Source: Candidatus Niyogibacteria bacterium
GTDB lineage: Bacteria; Patescibacteriota; Minisyncoccia; HO2-45-28
Assembly (NCBI GenBank): GCA_016432485.1
Contig: CP066691.1
Span: forward strand, 452,709-516,708
Direction: 5' to 3'
DNA: 64,000 nt
How positions within the stretch are numbered: position 1 is the first letter of the stretch; every line of letters begins with the position of its first letter. Both the position numbers and the translations under genes were made by a program. Below the pieces are notes generated by a model, which was given only the letters and a program-made list of their open reading frames with translations, was not told the DNA's origin and did no database searches. This document shows, piece by piece, positions 19,228 through 29,145 of the stretch.

Positions 19228-20930
19228 TAAATAATTTTAAAATCCTCTATCTTTAAACGCAATTCCTCGCGGCCTTTATATTTTGATAAATCCAGAGACC
19301 CGGCAAGGTCAATTTTGTCACCCGCCTTTATTTCCGGAAGAGAGCGTGCAGAAAAAAAACCGATGGCGTTTATGATTTCGTTCTTGGAATTCTTGAAAGA
19401 GATTTCGAGATGCGTCCCGCCGTTGCCGAAAGTCCTTGCGCTAAAAATATCAAGATTTTTGAATAAAAAATTCGGCCTTGGATTTTCCTGCCCAAAGGGT
19501 TCAAACTTTGAAATAATAGCGGAAGTTTCCGCGCTGACATCACTCATCGCAAGCTCACTCTCCAGAATCAAATCCGCATACGCATTTTTATCTTTGGGCA
19601 TACTCGCAAACGCTTTTTTAATTTTATTATTAAAATCGCGGGCGTATTCTTTTTTTAAAGTAAAGCCGGCGGCCATAGGGTGCCCGCCAAAATCAAGGTA
19701 CATCTCAATGCCCGCTTCGATCAAAAGATCTCTGACATTTACGTCGCCAGCCGAACGCGCAGAGCCTTTGATGGAGACTGCGTCGCCCTTGCCCCATAAA
19801 ATGACGGTACTAGAAAGGTTTTTTGATATTCTGCTCGCGGCCGCTCCCAAAACACCCGTCTGCCAGTCATTATTTCCCGCAACGATTATTTCTGCGCAGT
19901 CGCCGCGTAAAAACATCTCCTCAACTTCTTTGGCTATACGCTCGGTGGCTGCTTTTCTTTCCACGGTAAGTTCTTCAAGGCGTCTCACAAGCCACTCGGC
20001 CTCTTCATAAGAGTTGGTCAAAATAAGATCCCCGGCCAAGGTGGCATGATCCAGCCGACCAGCGACATTGATGCGCGGCGCTAAATAAAAAGACACGTCT
20101 TCTGAATTGATGCCCGATAGATCAACCCCCGCTTTTTCCGCCAAAATTTTAAGACCCACTCTTCTTGTCTTTTTCAAAACTTCAAGGCCCCAGTAAACCA
20201 AAACCCTGTTCTCTCCCAGAAGCGGCACCATATCGGCAATTGTGCCCAGGGCCGCCAGGTCCAGAAGCCATTTTTCCCAGCCCTCAACAAGCCCGAATCT
20301 ATTTTTTTGCAAAATAGCCGAAACCGTTTTAAAAGCAAGGCCGGACGCGCAAAAATCATGGAACGGATACTTTTCCCCTTTTTGACACAAGTCGACGATC
20401 ACGTAGGCCGGGGGTAAGTCATCCGGAACAATATGATGGTCAAGCACAACTACATTCACCCCGCCTTCTTCAAGTTTTTTTATTTCTTTATTTTCGGAAA
20501 TGCCGTTATCAATGGTTATAACTAAACTTGCCCTTTTTTCAAAAATATATTTAACGGCATCATCATTTAAGCCGTGCCCGTACTTAAAAAGGTCGGGTAT
20601 AAAAATCTCTGCATTTTCGAGCCCTGCCGCTCTGAAAAAATCCGCTAAAATCGCGGATGAACATACGCCATCGGCGTCATAATCCCCGTAAATTATTATT
20701 TTTTCTTTTTTTGATACGGCTTCAATAATCCTGTTCGTTGCTTTATCCATTCCTTTTATGTCAAGCGGATTTCCGAGACTGCCATAATCGGGATTCAAAA
20801 ATTTTTCAATATCTTCTTTTGTTTCAAGGCCGCGATTATAAGCCAGCTGTAAAGTTAAATCGCCGTACTCTTTTAAATCTTCCGCCCAATCTTTAGGATA
20901 TTTTACCTTTTTGTCCCACCTTTTTTGCAT
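19227..20930 (-). CDS. recJ: single-stranded-DNA-specific exonuclease RecJ
   Basis: DHH motifs 'DYDADGV', 'LDHH', DHHA1 'GGHPMAAG'. Confidence 0.8.
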   Translation of the reverse strand: MQKRWDKKVKYPKDWAEDLKEYGDLTLQLAYNRGLETKEDIEKFLNPDYGSLGNPLDIKGMDKATNRIIEAVSKKEKIIIYGDYDADGVCSSAILADFFRAAGLENAEIFIPDLFKYGHGLNDDAVKYIFEKRASLVITIDNGISENKEIKKLEEGGVNVVVLDHHIVPDDLPPAYVIVDLCQKGEKYPFHDFCASGLAFKTVSAILQKNRFGLVEGWEKWLLDLAALGTIADMVPLLGENRVLVYWGLEVLKKTRRVGLKILAEKAGVDLSGINSEDVSFYLAPRINVAGRLDHATLAGDLILTNSYEEAEWLVRRLEELTVERKAATERIAKEVEEMFLRGDCAEIIVAGNNDWQTGVLGAAASRISKNLSSTVILWGKGDAVSIKGSARSAGDVNVRDLLIEAGIEMYLDFGGHPMAAGFTLKKEYARDFNNKIKKAFASMPKDKNAYADLILESELAMSDVSAETSAIISKFEPFGQENPRPNFLFKNLDIFSARTFGNGGTHLEISFKNSKNEIINAIGFFSARSLPEIKAGDKIDLAGSLDLSKYKGREELRLKIEDFKII

Positions 20931-20958
20931 CTGTATAGTATAGCACGGCGAAACAAAC

Positions 20959-22035
20959 CTATTTCTTCAACGCTTCAATCCCCGGCAAAGTTCCTCTCAC
21001 CAAAAAATCGAGCATAGCTCCGCCAGCCGTGGATATAAAGTGAAAACCTTTGCCCAAACGTCGGGACTGCAAAAAAGCGGCGGTGTCTCCTCCTCCGGCG
21101 ATTACTTTTGCTTTTGTCATGCGCAAGGCCTTGATTAAACTCAACGTTCCCGAAACATACCCCCCCTCAACAAAACCGAGAGGGCCGTTCCATAAAATAA
21201 AACGGCTTTTTGAAGCTAGCTCGGCTATTTCTTTCATACTTTTCGGCCCAAGGTCATAAATAATATCTTCTTTTTTAAGTTGTAAGGTATCGATGACGAT
21301 TTTTCTGTTTTTGCGCCTTACTGTCACATCGCGCGGCAATAAGATTTTTGATGTTTTTAATCCCCTTCCTTTGCTGTCAATAAAAGAGCGCGCAAGCGAG
21401 CCGCCGACTATTATATAATCCGCTTTTTTAAAAAATTTTTTGATCAAAGGAATTTTGGTCGCAAGCTTGTTTCCACCGACTACAAGCATAAAGGGATTAG
21501 ACGGATTAAACGCCAGCGAAAGATTTTTAATTTCCTCTTTAAAAAGCGGGCCGGCATATGACGGCAGATATTTAGGCAAACCGACAATTGAAGCGTGCCT
21601 GCGATGTGAAACAGAGAAAGCTTCGTTTATGTAGATATCCGCGAGCGAGGCCAGATTCTTGGCAAAAACCGGGCTGTTTTTTTTCTCTCCGGCATTCCAA
21701 CGCAGATTTTCAAGCATTAAAATCTGTCCCGGCTTTAAACTATTAACCTCTTTTGATGTTTTGTGGCCAACAAGCCCACTAGAAAAACGCGCATTTCTAA
21801 TTTTCCTTTTTATCTTATCAAAAACCGTTTTCATGCTCGGGTGCACGCCCCCCTTTTCCAGATGGCTTATTAATATAATCCTGGCTTTTTTGCGGATTAA
21901 AAATTTTATTGTCGGCAGAGTGTTCGCCCAACGAAGGTCATCGCCAACTTCCCTTTTGGACGGCATATTAAAGTCAACCCTCAAAAGAACTTTTTTGCCG
22001 GATAAATTTCCCGGGATCGATTTTAAATTAAACAT
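20959..22035 (-). CDS. pgk: phosphoglycerate kinase
   Basis: 'LRVDFNMP', 'AGGGDTAAF', 'STAGGAMLDFL'. Confidence 0.85.
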   Translation of the reverse strand: MFNLKSIPGNLSGKKVLLRVDFNMPSKREVGDDLRWANTLPTIKFLIRKKARIILISHLEKGGVHPSMKTVFDKIKRKIRNARFSSGLVGHKTSKEVNSLKPGQILMLENLRWNAGEKKNSPVFAKNLASLADIYINEAFSVSHRRHASIVGLPKYLPSYAGPLFKEEIKNLSLAFNPSNPFMLVVGGNKLATKIPLIKKFFKKADYIIVGGSLARSFIDSKGRGLKTSKILLPRDVTVRRKNRKIVIDTLQLKKEDIIYDLGPKSMKEIAELASKSRFILWNGPLGFVEGGYVSGTLSLIKALRMTKAKVIAGGGDTAAFLQSRRLGKGFHFISTAGGAMLDFLVRGTLPGIEALKK

Positions 22036-22747
22036 TGATTGATTTCACGATGTCTATAAACTCTTTAGACAAAAGGCTGGCTCCGCCGACCAAAAGACCG
22101 CCCACACCTCTCGCGCGCAAAAATGCTTCGGCATTTTTGCGGTCAACAGAACCGCCGTATAAAATCGGCGTCTCATAAGCCGCTTTTTTGCCTAAAATAT
22201 CAAAAATATTTCTGCGGATGTAAGTTGCCATTTCAAAAATATCGTCCGGTTCGGCCGCGTTTCCCGTGCCGATGGCCCAAAGCGGTTCGTAAGCGATAAT
22301 TAAATTCTTGGCAAAGCGTTGGGAAACGCCCTCAAGGTCCGAGCGCAATTCATCTTTTACGAAATTCAGAACAGTTTTTAATCCGGCCGAAAGCGCCGCC
22401 TTCACCTTTCTGTTTATCATCTCGTCGGTTTCGCCCAAAAACTCGCGTCTTTCGGAATGTCCGACTATAACATAACTCACTCCGACATTTTTAAGCATTT
22501 TGGGAGAGATTTCGCCGGTATAAGCTCCCTCATCTTTCCAAAAAACATCCTGCGCCGCCAAATCCAGGCCGCCTATCTTTTGAAGGGCGGGCAGAAAAAC
22601 AAAAGGAGGCGCTACAACCACTTTTGACTTTCGACTTTTTTTTACTCCCAAAACAATTTTCTTAAATAAACTGGCGGCTTGTTCTGAATTCTGCGGATTC
22701 ATTTTCCAATTGGCAATTATTATTTTTTTTGTGTTATATTTTTTCAT
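22028..22747 (-). CDS. tpiA: triosephosphate isomerase
   Basis: 'ANWKMN', 'VIVGHSERR', 'AYEPLWAIGTG'. Confidence 0.85.
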   Translation of the reverse strand: MKKYNTKKIIIANWKMNPQNSEQAASLFKKIVLGVKKSRKSKVVVAPPFVFLPALQKIGGLDLAAQDVFWKDEGAYTGEISPKMLKNVGVSYVIVGHSERREFLGETDEMINRKVKAALSAGLKTVLNFVKDELRSDLEGVSQRFAKNLIIAYEPLWAIGTGNAAEPDDIFEMATYIRRNIFDILGKKAAYETPILYGGSVDRKNAEAFLRARGVGGLLVGGASLLSKEFIDIVKSINV

Positions 22748-22834
22748 ATATTAGGATTCATTTTCTCCCGATTTTGTTCAAATTTTTAATTTGAATACAA
22801 AATCGAGGACCCCGTTAATTTAAAATAAAAGATT

Positions 22835-23314
22835 TTAGATTTTATTAAAAATTGTTAAACCAAAAAGAGAAGCCCCTAATACCAGCGCGGCCGCGGTCAA
22901 AACGCCCAAAAAAATAATGAACGATGCCTTGGGCCACGGAACGCCGAAAATAAAAGAGGCCACGACTCCGCTCCACGCTCCGGTTAAAGGCAAAGGAATG
23001 GCCACGAAAATAAAAAGAGCGAGGGGCGTCCAACGCCAGTAATGAAAATGGTCGGCGTGTCTGGCCCTAGTATACTCAAAAATCCAGGACAAAAATCTGT
23101 TCACGAAATAAAAACGGCGCATTAAGAATTCGGAAAAATAATTAAGAAAAAAGATAAGCGGGATAATCGGCAATAAATTTCCCAGAACGCTCAAGAAAAA
23201 GGCCTTTAGGGGGCTCATCCCGAATAAAAGAATGCCGAGCGGTATCGCTCCCCTTACTTCGGATATGGGAGCGGCCCCGGAAAGTAAAACGATTAATTCT
23301 TGCTGGTAGGGCAT
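22835..23314 (-). CDS. small membrane protein (small multidrug-export-like, COG2426-like)
   Basis: 4 predicted TM helices; weak family resemblance. Confidence 0.35.
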   Translation of the reverse strand: MPYQQELIVLLSGAAPISEVRGAIPLGILLFGMSPLKAFFLSVLGNLLPIIPLIFFLNYFSEFLMRRFYFVNRFLSWIFEYTRARHADHFHYWRWTPLALFIFVAIPLPLTGAWSGVVASFIFGVPWPKASFIIFLGVLTAAALVLGASLFGLTIFNKI

Positions 23315-23322
23315 AATGCGGT

Positions 23323-24405
23323 TCAGGAATTCTTTAAGTCCCGGGCCGCTTCTTCGGGAGAAACGGCCACCACCTCAACACCCGTCCCCAACTCAAGGCC
23401 GGCCCATATAGAAGTTTTGGGCAGTATTTCAATATGCCAATGATAATAACTTCTGCCGTCTTTGGCCGGAGCGGTGTGTATAAAAAAATTGTAGTCGGGA
23501 TCGTTCATGGCTTTTTTTATTTTTTTAAGGGAGGCAATCATGGCATCGGCCAGCGCCATTCTCTCCTTCGCTTTCAAATCCTCAAAATTTCCGGCGTGCC
23601 TCTTTGGAAAAATCCTGGTCTCATAAGATACGCGCGAGGCGAACGGCGCCAAAACCGTAAAATAATTATTTTCGTAAATCACGCGCGTTCGTTTTTTGCG
23701 TTCCCACTCAAGCATGGCGCAATGAACGCATTTTTTATGGCGCTCAAAATAAATTCTGGAACCCTCCAAGCTCTTCGCGACATCCGGCGGTATAATGGGC
23801 AAAGCAATGAGTTGAGAGTGGGGATGAAAAATAGTGGCGCCCGCTCCCGGCCCCTGATTATGAAATATCAAAATATATTCAATGCATTCCTCGCGGGCTA
23901 GAGTCCGCCAGCGTTCCTGATAAGCGTAAATTAAAATCTCGACTTCTTTGGAAGTCATTTCCGATATTCTTCGGAGGTGGTCGCGGGTAATTATAACCTC
24001 GTGAAATCCTACCCCTTTCATTTTCGCGTACGGACCGTCGGACGTTATCGTCGGACAAATTTTATGCTGTTCAAGAGCCGGATATTTATTTTGTATAATC
24101 TGAACCCACCAGTTATCAAATGAGCTTTCGGCTTTTAGTCCCGACTCAGTCGAGGATCCTCGATGGCTTTGCCATCGGGACTTATAGCTTTTAGTCGGGT
24201 GAGGCAGCCACAATAAAGGAGGGGGCGTGCCTCTTTTCTGCGGGTCGTCAAACGGACAATTTTTTTTTGACGAACTAAGACGCCTTCTTTTTGACGCTTT
24301 GGTTTGAGGCCTTTTGGCGCGCTTGGCGGCTACCAATATCCAGTCGCCGGAAACCAAATCCCGCCTGAATTCCGAGCCGTCAATATTTTCTATTTTTCCC
24401 GTCAT
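23323..24405 (-). CDS. galT: galactose-1-phosphate uridylyltransferase (HIT superfamily), carrying an in-frame palindromic insertion
   Basis: 'RAKRP', 'CPF', 'NKYPAL', 'FHNQGPGAGATIFHPHSQLIALP', second half-site 'YYHWHIEILP'. Confidence 0.65.
   Translation of the reverse strand: MTGKIENIDGSEFRRDLVSGDWILVAAKRAKRPQTKASKRRRLSSSKKNCPFDDPQKRGTPPPLLWLPHPTKSYKSRWQSHRGSSTESGLKAESSFDNWWVQIIQNKYPALEQHKICPTITSDGPYAKMKGVGFHEVIITRDHLRRISEMTSKEVEILIYAYQERWRTLAREECIEYILIFHNQGPGAGATIFHPHSQLIALPIIPPDVAKSLEGSRIYFERHKKCVHCAMLEWERKKRTRVIYENNYFTVLAPFASRVSYETRIFPKRHAGNFEDLKAKERMALADAMIASLKKIKKAMNDPDYNFFIHTAPAKDGRSYYHWHIEILPKTSIWAGLELGTGVEVVAVSPEEAARDLKNS
24131..24196. repeat. palindromic element bounded by 10-bp direct repeat gcttttagtc, in-frame inside galT
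   Basis: DR at 24131-24140 and 24187-24196; stem agtcccga/tcgggact enclosing perfect palindrome tcgaggatcctcga; DR-to-DR distance 56 bp (not a multiple of 3); ~19 extra codons inferred from protein alignment. Confidence 0.5.
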
Positions 24406-25139
24406 AATATATACCTGTTTCTCCAAAAATTAAAACGGATTTTTAAAGTATCGCGCAAGACCTGCAGATATCCTGAAAGTTTAACATGGCTCCTGGGATC
24501 GTTAATCCAATAAGCCGGGATAATGCCGATTTTGTAGCCAAGCGCTTTAGCCAAAGCCAGTGTCTCAATATCAAATCCCCAGCCCGGTACGCGCTGCTGG
24601 GAAAAAATCTTTTCGGCAGCAAAGTCACGGAAGGCCTTAAAACCGCATTGGGTATCCCACACTCCGCGAATTGCCACCCATTGAATAAATAAATTTCCCA
24701 AGGTGCCCATCAAACGTTTATACCATACTTGCGCCACCGCTTGCCTCGCGCCAGGGGCGTCTTTGGAATCGCGCGAACATATCACCACTTCATAACCCTG
24801 GTCAAAAAACGGGCGCATCTTATCAAAATGGCTTATGTCCGTGGAGTTATCGGCGTCGGTAAAAAGCCGTATCCGCCCCTTGGCCGCGAGCATCCCCACT
24901 TTAACCCCCTCTCCCTTGCCCTTGTTTTTCTGACTGATTATTTTTAGATTCGTTATCTCCGGAATTTTTTGCCTGACGATTTCGGCGGTTTTATCGGGAG
25001 AAGCGGCATCAGAAACGATTATTTCGGATTTAAACGGCTGACGCGCGAGATAAGCTCCGATAATATCAATCGTTTTGCCGATTCTCTTTTCTTCATTATA
25101 AGCCGGAATTATAACTGATAGGTAAACATCCTCATTCAT
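24402..25139 (-). CDS. family 2 glycosyltransferase (dolichol-phosphate mannosyltransferase-like)
   Basis: 'LSVIIPAYNEEKRI', 'DADNSTD'. Confidence 0.8.
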   Translation of the reverse strand: MNEDVYLSVIIPAYNEEKRIGKTIDIIGAYLARQPFKSEIIVSDAASPDKTAEIVRQKIPEITNLKIISQKNKGKGEGVKVGMLAAKGRIRLFTDADNSTDISHFDKMRPFFDQGYEVVICSRDSKDAPGARQAVAQVWYKRLMGTLGNLFIQWVAIRGVWDTQCGFKAFRDFAAEKIFSQQRVPGWGFDIETLALAKALGYKIGIIPAYWINDPRSHVKLSGYLQVLRDTLKIRFNFWRNRYIL

Positions 25140-25151
25140 ATCTCCATTCTA

Positions 25152-25553
25152 TCACAAATCCTTATCTCGCCGCCTGTCTAAAAATGTCTGTAAAATCAGG
25201 GCGGCGGATGAAGCGTCAATCTTATGCTCCGGCGCGGATCCTTCGGTTCTAATTTGAGCCGAACTATAAACTTCGTTTTCAAAATGAATCGGCACGCTAA
25301 AAACTTCTTTTAATTTTTCCGCGAATTTGCGGACATCGCCCGAAAGCGGAGTTTCTTCGCCATTGAGTCCCACGGGCAAACCAATGACGATTTCGGAAAC
25401 ATTTTCTTTCAAAATAAAATCGCGAATTGAATCGCGCGCGTAATCCCAGACATTCGGCTGAACGGTCTTAGGAAAAGCGATTTTTTGACTTTCGTCCGAA
25501 AGAGCAAAACCGATTTTTTTAGTGCCATAGTCAATTCCCAAAATCCTAGCCAT
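25152..25553 (-). CDS. ruvX: putative pre-16S rRNA nuclease / Holliday junction resolvase-like YqgF
   Basis: 'MARILGIDYGTKKIGFALSD'. Confidence 0.85.
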   Translation of the reverse strand: MARILGIDYGTKKIGFALSDESQKIAFPKTVQPNVWDYARDSIRDFILKENVSEIVIGLPVGLNGEETPLSGDVRKFAEKLKEVFSVPIHFENEVYSSAQIRTEGSAPEHKIDASSAALILQTFLDRRRDKDL

Positions 25554-25630
25554 TTACCTATTTTATAAGAATTTAAAATATTATCCATTCAAAATGATAA
25601 CTCAATAACAAAAAGTATATCGCCTTATCA

Positions 25631-25666
25631 AAAAAGTTGGCCTGCCACGCAACTGCGCGGCAGGCC
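25631..25666 (-). terminator. Rho-independent terminator for GC-rich gene (8-bp GC stem ggcctgcc/ggcaggcc + TTTTTT on minus strand)
   Basis: perfect stem 25639-25666, aaaaaag at 25631-25637. Confidence 0.7.
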
Positions 25667-25696
25667 AAGAACCAAGGGGTCGAAGCCCCACAAGCC

Positions 25697-26266
25697 CTAC
25701 TTTCCGGAAACAACCCGAGAGCAGGTAAACCACCCACCCGGGCTCCCAACCGAGAGGGCCTCGACGCGCCAGCAGCCGTCGACATCGTACCGATTCGCGC
25801 CCACGACACAGAGTTTTCCACCATACCCTCGGATGTAGGCGAAATGCCAGCCTCTACGACCCTTAAGGCACTTCAGGAAGTGAAACAGACAAATCTCGTT
25901 CTTGTCTCCGAGCTCCTTTAGAATCGGCCCGTCCACCGATGCCTTCTTGAGCTCGTGGACATTGAGCTCTGCCCGGGGAATGCCCTCCTCAACCTTGCCC
26001 CTGAACAGGCGGTCAAAGCTGGACTCGGCGTAGGCATCTGCCTCTTCGAGGGCCCGGTCGTCAACCACGAACCTGTCGTCGGCGCCCTCCACTGCGACCG
26101 ACTCCACGAACTTGAGGAGGTCGGATTCGTGTGGAATGAGACCGCGAAGGAATTCCTGAAGACCAACCGGGTCATCAATCCACCTCTGCCTGTCGGCTCT
26201 CCCCATACTCGGAAGGTTTTCTGCGATTCGAGCAATGAGCTTGGCAACCTGCTTCTCTACATTCAT
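25697..26266 (-). CDS. hypothetical protein encoded in a ~60% GC island (probable horizontally acquired gene); start at ATG 26266 with AGGAGG SD
   Basis: AAGGAGGaaaaaccgccATG; terminator downstream; composition sharply different from flanks; ORFs open on both strands (GC effect). Confidence 0.5.
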   Translation of the reverse strand: MNVEKQVAKLIARIAENLPSMGRADRQRWIDDPVGLQEFLRGLIPHESDLLKFVESVAVEGADDRFVVDDRALEEADAYAESSFDRLFRGKVEEGIPRAELNVHELKKASVDGPILKELGDKNEICLFHFLKCLKGRRGWHFAYIRGYGGKLCVVGANRYDVDGCWRVEALSVGSPGGWFTCSRVVSGK

Positions 26267-26429
26267 GGCGGTTTTTCCTCCTTGGGGTTTTCGCCATTTT
26301 TGTTTTGTTAGAGGGCCATCCCAATGACAGCCATAGCCAGAAAACACCGAAGAATCGGGACCTTTTGGCTATAGCCGCCAAATTGCAAGTAGCAATATAA
26401 AAGAGCTGTTATTTTTTAAGCATAGCAAA

Positions 26430-27197
26430 TTATTTATCATTTGTCAACACCTCACAGCCGCCGCGCTTTACCAAAACCGTATGCTCAAAATGAGCCGCGC
26501 GAGAGCCATCTAAAGTGCGGTAAGTCCAGCCGTTTTTATCCGTAATAATTTTGGCTTCCCCTTCCGCAATCATTGGCTCAATGGCCAGCACCATTCCGTC
26601 TTTTAATTTTTCGCCGGCGCCGGCTTTACCCCAATTAGGAATATGCGGCGGTTCGTGAACCGCCCTGCCCACTCCGTGCCCCACCAATTCCCTAAAAACA
26701 TTAAAGCCGTTTTTTTTAACGAAGAATTCAACCGCGTGGCCGATATCTCCGATGGCTATACCCGCTTTGCATTTTTTAATCGCGGCATCAAGAGCTTGCC
26801 GGCAAACTGATATCAGACGATTTGAACGGCCGTCCGGATCGTATGACCCGCATAAAACCGTTCTGGCGCCGTCAGTAAAAAATCCTTTGTAATTTACGCC
26901 CAAATCCAAAGTTACGACATCGCCCTCACGCAAAATTTTTTTACCCGGAATGCCGTGCACCACCTCATCATTTATTGAAACGCAAATTGAAGAGGGATAC
27001 GGCCGTTCTCCGCCTTCGCCATAACCCTTAAACGATGGAACGGCTCCGGCTTTTATAATTTCACTCTCGGCAATAGCATCAAGTTTCAAGGTTTCAATGC
27101 CGGGCACAATTTCTCGCGCGACACGCGCCAAAACGCGGGCAAGTATTTGCCCGCTTATCCTTAACATTTCTATTTCTTTTTTTGATTTTGCGATCAT
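26430..27197 (-). CDS. map: methionine aminopeptidase type I
   Basis: 'ICVSINDEVVHGIP', 'HGVGRAVHEPP'. Confidence 0.85.
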   Translation of the reverse strand: MIAKSKKEIEMLRISGQILARVLARVAREIVPGIETLKLDAIAESEIIKAGAVPSFKGYGEGGERPYPSSICVSINDEVVHGIPGKKILREGDVVTLDLGVNYKGFFTDGARTVLCGSYDPDGRSNRLISVCRQALDAAIKKCKAGIAIGDIGHAVEFFVKKNGFNVFRELVGHGVGRAVHEPPHIPNWGKAGAGEKLKDGMVLAIEPMIAEGEAKIITDKNGWTYRTLDGSRAAHFEHTVLVKRGGCEVLTNDK

Positions 27198-27832
27198 TTA
27201 TTTTCAAACCCCAGCGCCTTCAAAATGTTTTGATGGATTTTTTGCGGATCGCGGGAGTTGCCATCGATCTCAATAAGACGATTCAAACTTTTGGTGCGAT
27301 AATATTCTACTGCCGGACCAACATGAACTTCAAAAAAATCCAGCCGATTATTTATTACTTCATCAGTATCATCCGCGCGGCCCCGTTCTTTTAGCCGACG
27401 AAAGGCCTCGTCTCGCTCCACCTTCAAAAAAATAGGATAATAAGGGCTGATACCCAAAAAATCCACAAGATCATCCATAACCCGAGCTTCTATTTCGGTC
27501 CTTGGAGAGCTAGAAAAAAGCAGATGTTCCTTGCCGGTAAAATGTTCAATAATCTCGTGTGTCCAGGACCAAATTGCCAAGAAATCCGGAGCTTTGGCGC
27601 CGACGCGCATTACCTTTTCATCGGTGAGTTTTGAAAGATACAGTCCCCGCTTTATCATATTTCGCAGAACCTCTCCTGTATAAACATAAAGCACCGAACC
27701 CAAACCATGTTTTTTCTCTAAAAATTCCTTCAAAAGAACAACCTGTGTATCTTTTCCCGAGCCGGACAATCCCATAAAAACCGCGACAACTATTCGTGAT
27801 TTCATTGTGCCTCTTTCAAAATCTAATCCCAT
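27194..27832 (-). CDS. adk: adenylate kinase-like nucleoside monophosphate kinase (position between secY and map)
   Basis: P-loop 'GLSGSGKDTQ', synteny secY-adk-map. Confidence 0.7.
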   Translation of the reverse strand: MGLDFERGTMKSRIVVAVFMGLSGSGKDTQVVLLKEFLEKKHGLGSVLYVYTGEVLRNMIKRGLYLSKLTDEKVMRVGAKAPDFLAIWSWTHEIIEHFTGKEHLLFSSSPRTEIEARVMDDLVDFLGISPYYPIFLKVERDEAFRRLKERGRADDTDEVINNRLDFFEVHVGPAVEYYRTKSLNRLIEIDGNSRDPQKIHQNILKALGFENK

Positions 27833-27876
27833 TTAAATTCAAGATAACACTTGCCGCGTTTAAACGCAACCCAATA

Positions 27877-29142
27877 TCACTCGTAACTTCTCATAACAAT
27901 CTGCGCCTCAACTTGTTTAATGGTTTCAAGAACAACAGAAACCACAATCAAAAGAGCGGTGCCGCCGATAGTCAGCGTCACGAGGCCGGTAATAGCGCGC
28001 ATGGCGAGCGGCAAAACCGCGATCGCGCCCAAAAACAAAGCGCCTATTAAAGTAATGCGGTTTAAAATCTTGTATAAAAATTCCGAGGTCGGGCGTCCGG
28101 GTCTTATTCCGGGCACGAACGCTCCCGATTTCTGGAGGTTGCCGGATATGGCGTCCGGGTCAAAAGTTACGGCCGTGTAAAAATAAGTGAAAAGAAAAAC
28201 CAAAAGAAAATAAAGGCCGGCGTAAACCCACGGATTATTCAAAAAATTTAAAAGCGCGGAACTTATTACTCTAAGAGTATTATTATCAATACTGGACATA
28301 AAATTAACTATCATCTGAGGAAAAAGGAGGATAGATAGGGCAAAAATTATCGGTATGACTCCGGCCTGATTCACCCTTAAAGGCAGGTAGGTGGATATTC
28401 CGCCGTACATCTTGGAACCGCGGATACGGCGGGCATAAGATATCGGCACCGGCCTCTGGCCTTCGGTTATGATTACCACAGCGGCAATAATTAAAACCGC
28501 GGCAACCACGAATCCAAAAATAACGGGCAGTTGATAAATATCGGAGGCAAAAATAGTCCGGCTCAAAGACTGCGGCACACCGGATATGATACCCGCGAAA
28601 ATAAGAATAGAAACCCCGTTTCCAAAACCGTATTCCGATATGAGCTCCCCCAACCACATCAAAAGAACGGACCCCGCAGTCACAATTATTATATTTGTTA
28701 CTTCACCAAAAAGAGAAAGCTCGCCTAAAACGCCTTGTCGGGATAAAAGTGTTAAAAGCCCGAAACCCTGCAAAGCAGCCAAAGGGGCGGCGGCCAGACG
28801 CGAATATTGATTAAATTTCTTTCGGCCGGCCTCGCCTTCTTCCTGATACATCTCTTTAAATCGGGGAATCATCATTGTTAAAAGCTGCATTATAATTGAA
28901 GCAGTAATATAGGGACCGACTCCGAGCATCATTACCGAAAGATTATCCATAGCTCCGCCCGAAAAAATATTCAGCAAGCCGAAAAATTGATTACCGCCGA
29001 AAAACGCCGCAAGCCTTTCGTGATCCACGCCCGGAATTGGAATGGCGGCCCCCAGCCTGAAAACGATAAGAATCGCCAAAACAAAAAGTATTTTTTTCCT
29101 TAAATCCGGGTCGGTAAAAATTAATTTTATTTTTTGCCACAT
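27877..29142 (-). CDS. secY: preprotein translocase subunit SecY
   Basis: 10-TM pattern, 'GNGVSILIFAGI', synteny after rplO. Confidence 0.9.
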   Translation of the reverse strand: MWQKIKLIFTDPDLRKKILFVLAILIVFRLGAAIPIPGVDHERLAAFFGGNQFFGLLNIFSGGAMDNLSVMMLGVGPYITASIIMQLLTMMIPRFKEMYQEEGEAGRKKFNQYSRLAAAPLAALQGFGLLTLLSRQGVLGELSLFGEVTNIIIVTAGSVLLMWLGELISEYGFGNGVSILIFAGIISGVPQSLSRTIFASDIYQLPVIFGFVVAAVLIIAAVVIITEGQRPVPISYARRIRGSKMYGGISTYLPLRVNQAGVIPIIFALSILLFPQMIVNFMSSIDNNTLRVISSALLNFLNNPWVYAGLYFLLVFLFTYFYTAVTFDPDAISGNLQKSGAFVPGIRPGRPTSEFLYKILNRITLIGALFLGAIAVLPLAMRAITGLVTLTIGGTALLIVVSVVLETIKQVEAQIVMRSYE

Positions 29143-29145
29143 AAA

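Noticed and set aside
19315-20010. Long antisense ORFs inside recJ, tuf (38583..39239), rplD, gyrA and similar
   Set aside because: They are fully embedded opposite well-supported conserved genes with no RBS, so they are shadow ORFs
25680-25830. Possible RNase P RNA or tmRNA in the GC-rich region (ggtaaacc.cacccgg resembles the P11/P12 region of RNase P RNA)
   Set aside because: No P4 strands (GGAAAGUCCGGGCUCC / ACAGAACCCGGCUUA) and no tRNA-like 3' end are present. The region is instead covered by a continuous ORF with a strong SD and a proper terminator
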